Assembly: GCA_013265495.1 (NCBI GenBank)
Contig: MU058451.1
Coordinates: forward strand, 824,584 to 888,583
Source: Vicugna vicugna
Lineage: Eukaryota
Direction: 5' to 3'
DNA length: 64,000 bases
Below are positions 62,941 through 64,000 of the stretch, piece by piece; positions within the stretch are counted from its first letter, which is position 1; each line of letters starts with the position of its first letter. The position numbers and the translations under genes were made by a program. A model generated the notes under the pieces. The model did no database searches. It was not told the DNA's origin and saw nothing but the letters and a program-made list of their open reading frames with translations.

Positions 62941-63420
62941 GTCTGGTCTAGCCTGGCGTGGAATAATCACCACCGTGAAGGGGTCCAGGCTGCGTGTGCT
63001 GATGCAGGAGGCTGGATGAGATTTCTTTTCCCATCCTCTTGATTTTTCTTTCTCCCTGAGCAGAGGGATGAATGGCTACGTTCATGTGTAATAAAAGCCT
63101 GAAGTTTTACTCAGAGGTGAAGGCCAGTTAAAGCCTCAGCCTGCTCTCCTGACCACGCCGACCCACCCTCCCTGAGCCCCGGTCCTGGGGCCTGCGGCTT
63201 TTCTTCCCCTTCTCGTCTCCCCTCACCCTGCTCTGGCTGGTCCAGCCTGCAGGTCTCAGCTTAGACGTCAGCTCTTCGGGGGAGCGTTTCCTGCCTGCCC
63301 TGCCAGCCCTGCCTCCCTCACCATCAGTACTGCTCCCTGAAGCCTGTGGTATCATTGCGATTCTTTTTTTTTAAATAGCCACCATCCCAATGCTTGAGGT
63401 CAGGGTACTAGACTGTTTTT

Positions 63421-63528
63421 AAAAAAATTATTTACTTATTTTTTAAATGGAGATACGGGGGATTGAATTGAACCCAGGACCCCATGAATGCTAAGCACGC
63501 ATTGTACCACTGAGCTCTATACTCAGCC
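63421..63528 (-). mobile_element. Camelid tRNA-Ala-derived SINE (Vic-1-like)
   Basis: gggggattgaa..ttgaacccaggaccccatgaatgctaagcacgcattgtaccactgagct; TSD ctagactgt(t/c)ttt at 63408-63420 and 63529-63541. Confidence 0.88.
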
Positions 63529-63654
63529 CTAGACTGTCTTTTTCATCTTGTTTCCTAAACCATGCCAGTCCCCTTGTAAACAAATCATCTGTGCCATCAA
63601 AGAGCTGGTCCTTTAGTTGGGGAGGACAAAAATGTCCGTGAATACCTGGCCATC

Positions 63655-63885
63655 ATAATAACGGGCAGCATAAATAACATGCCAAGTGGTGTCCCAAGCA
63701 CTTTACGCAGGTTAACCTACTTGGTTCTCATAATAATGCTCTGAAGTAGACATTGTTACCCCCTTTTTACATATGAGGAGATTAAGGCGCAGTGAAGTTA
63801 AACTACGTGGCCAGCTAAAACCGGGAAGATGGGATTCAAACCCAGGCAGCTGGCCCGTGAAGGCTGGGCTGTCAGCCACTGGGTG
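63655..63885 (-). mobile_element. MIR SINE
   Basis: ccaagcactttac...ctcataataa...ttttacatatgaggagattaaggcgcagtgaagttaa...gggattcaaacccaggcag. Confidence 0.85.
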
Positions 63886-64000
63886 TGCTATCTCACGGTG
63901 GTGGGGAGACCCCTACCTCCGGAGGTGTCCAGATTCCTCGTGTCTCACTGCTTCCCTTGTTCAACCCATTAGCCAGTGCTGTCGTCACCGTCGCAAAAAA

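Noticed and set aside
1..64000. The many 60-160 aa ORFs in the six-frame track as host genes
   Set aside because: No recognisable domains, low-complexity or repeat-derived composition, and lengths expected by chance. Only the L1 ORF2 and Tigger1 relics show homology.

Overview
Mammalian non-coding genomic DNA, most likely from a camelid (alpaca/llama/camel), judging by two tRNA-Ala-derived SINEs of the Vic-1 type and artiodactyl-style L1 3' ends. I could not recognise any host protein-coding exon, RNA gene, processed pseudogene or NUMT. The only ORFs with real homology are transposon relics: L1 ORF2 and Tigger1 transposase. Most L1 and LTR copies lie on the minus strand, which suggests (inference) an intron of a large plus-strand gene that I cannot name. 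The window is a mosaic of L1, L2, CR1/L3, MIR, LTR, hAT and Tigger elements separated by repeat-poor blocks with enhancer-like motif clusters. The most unusual structure is one TSD-bounded 8.8-kb L1 (46573-55370, minus strand). Roughly 1.7 kb of its ORF2 is replaced by an ~890-bp GC-rich monomer array containing a strong CTCF motif, and it hosts nested Tigger1, L1 and SINE insertions. Other notable items are a short L1 3' transduction, a solo ERV1 LTR, a pre-miRNA-like hairpin and a cluster of five TAATCC/GGATTA homeodomain sites. I found no convincing evidence of a new biological system. Repeat subfamily names come from recalled consensus motifs, not a database search, and boundaries without a TSD are approximate.
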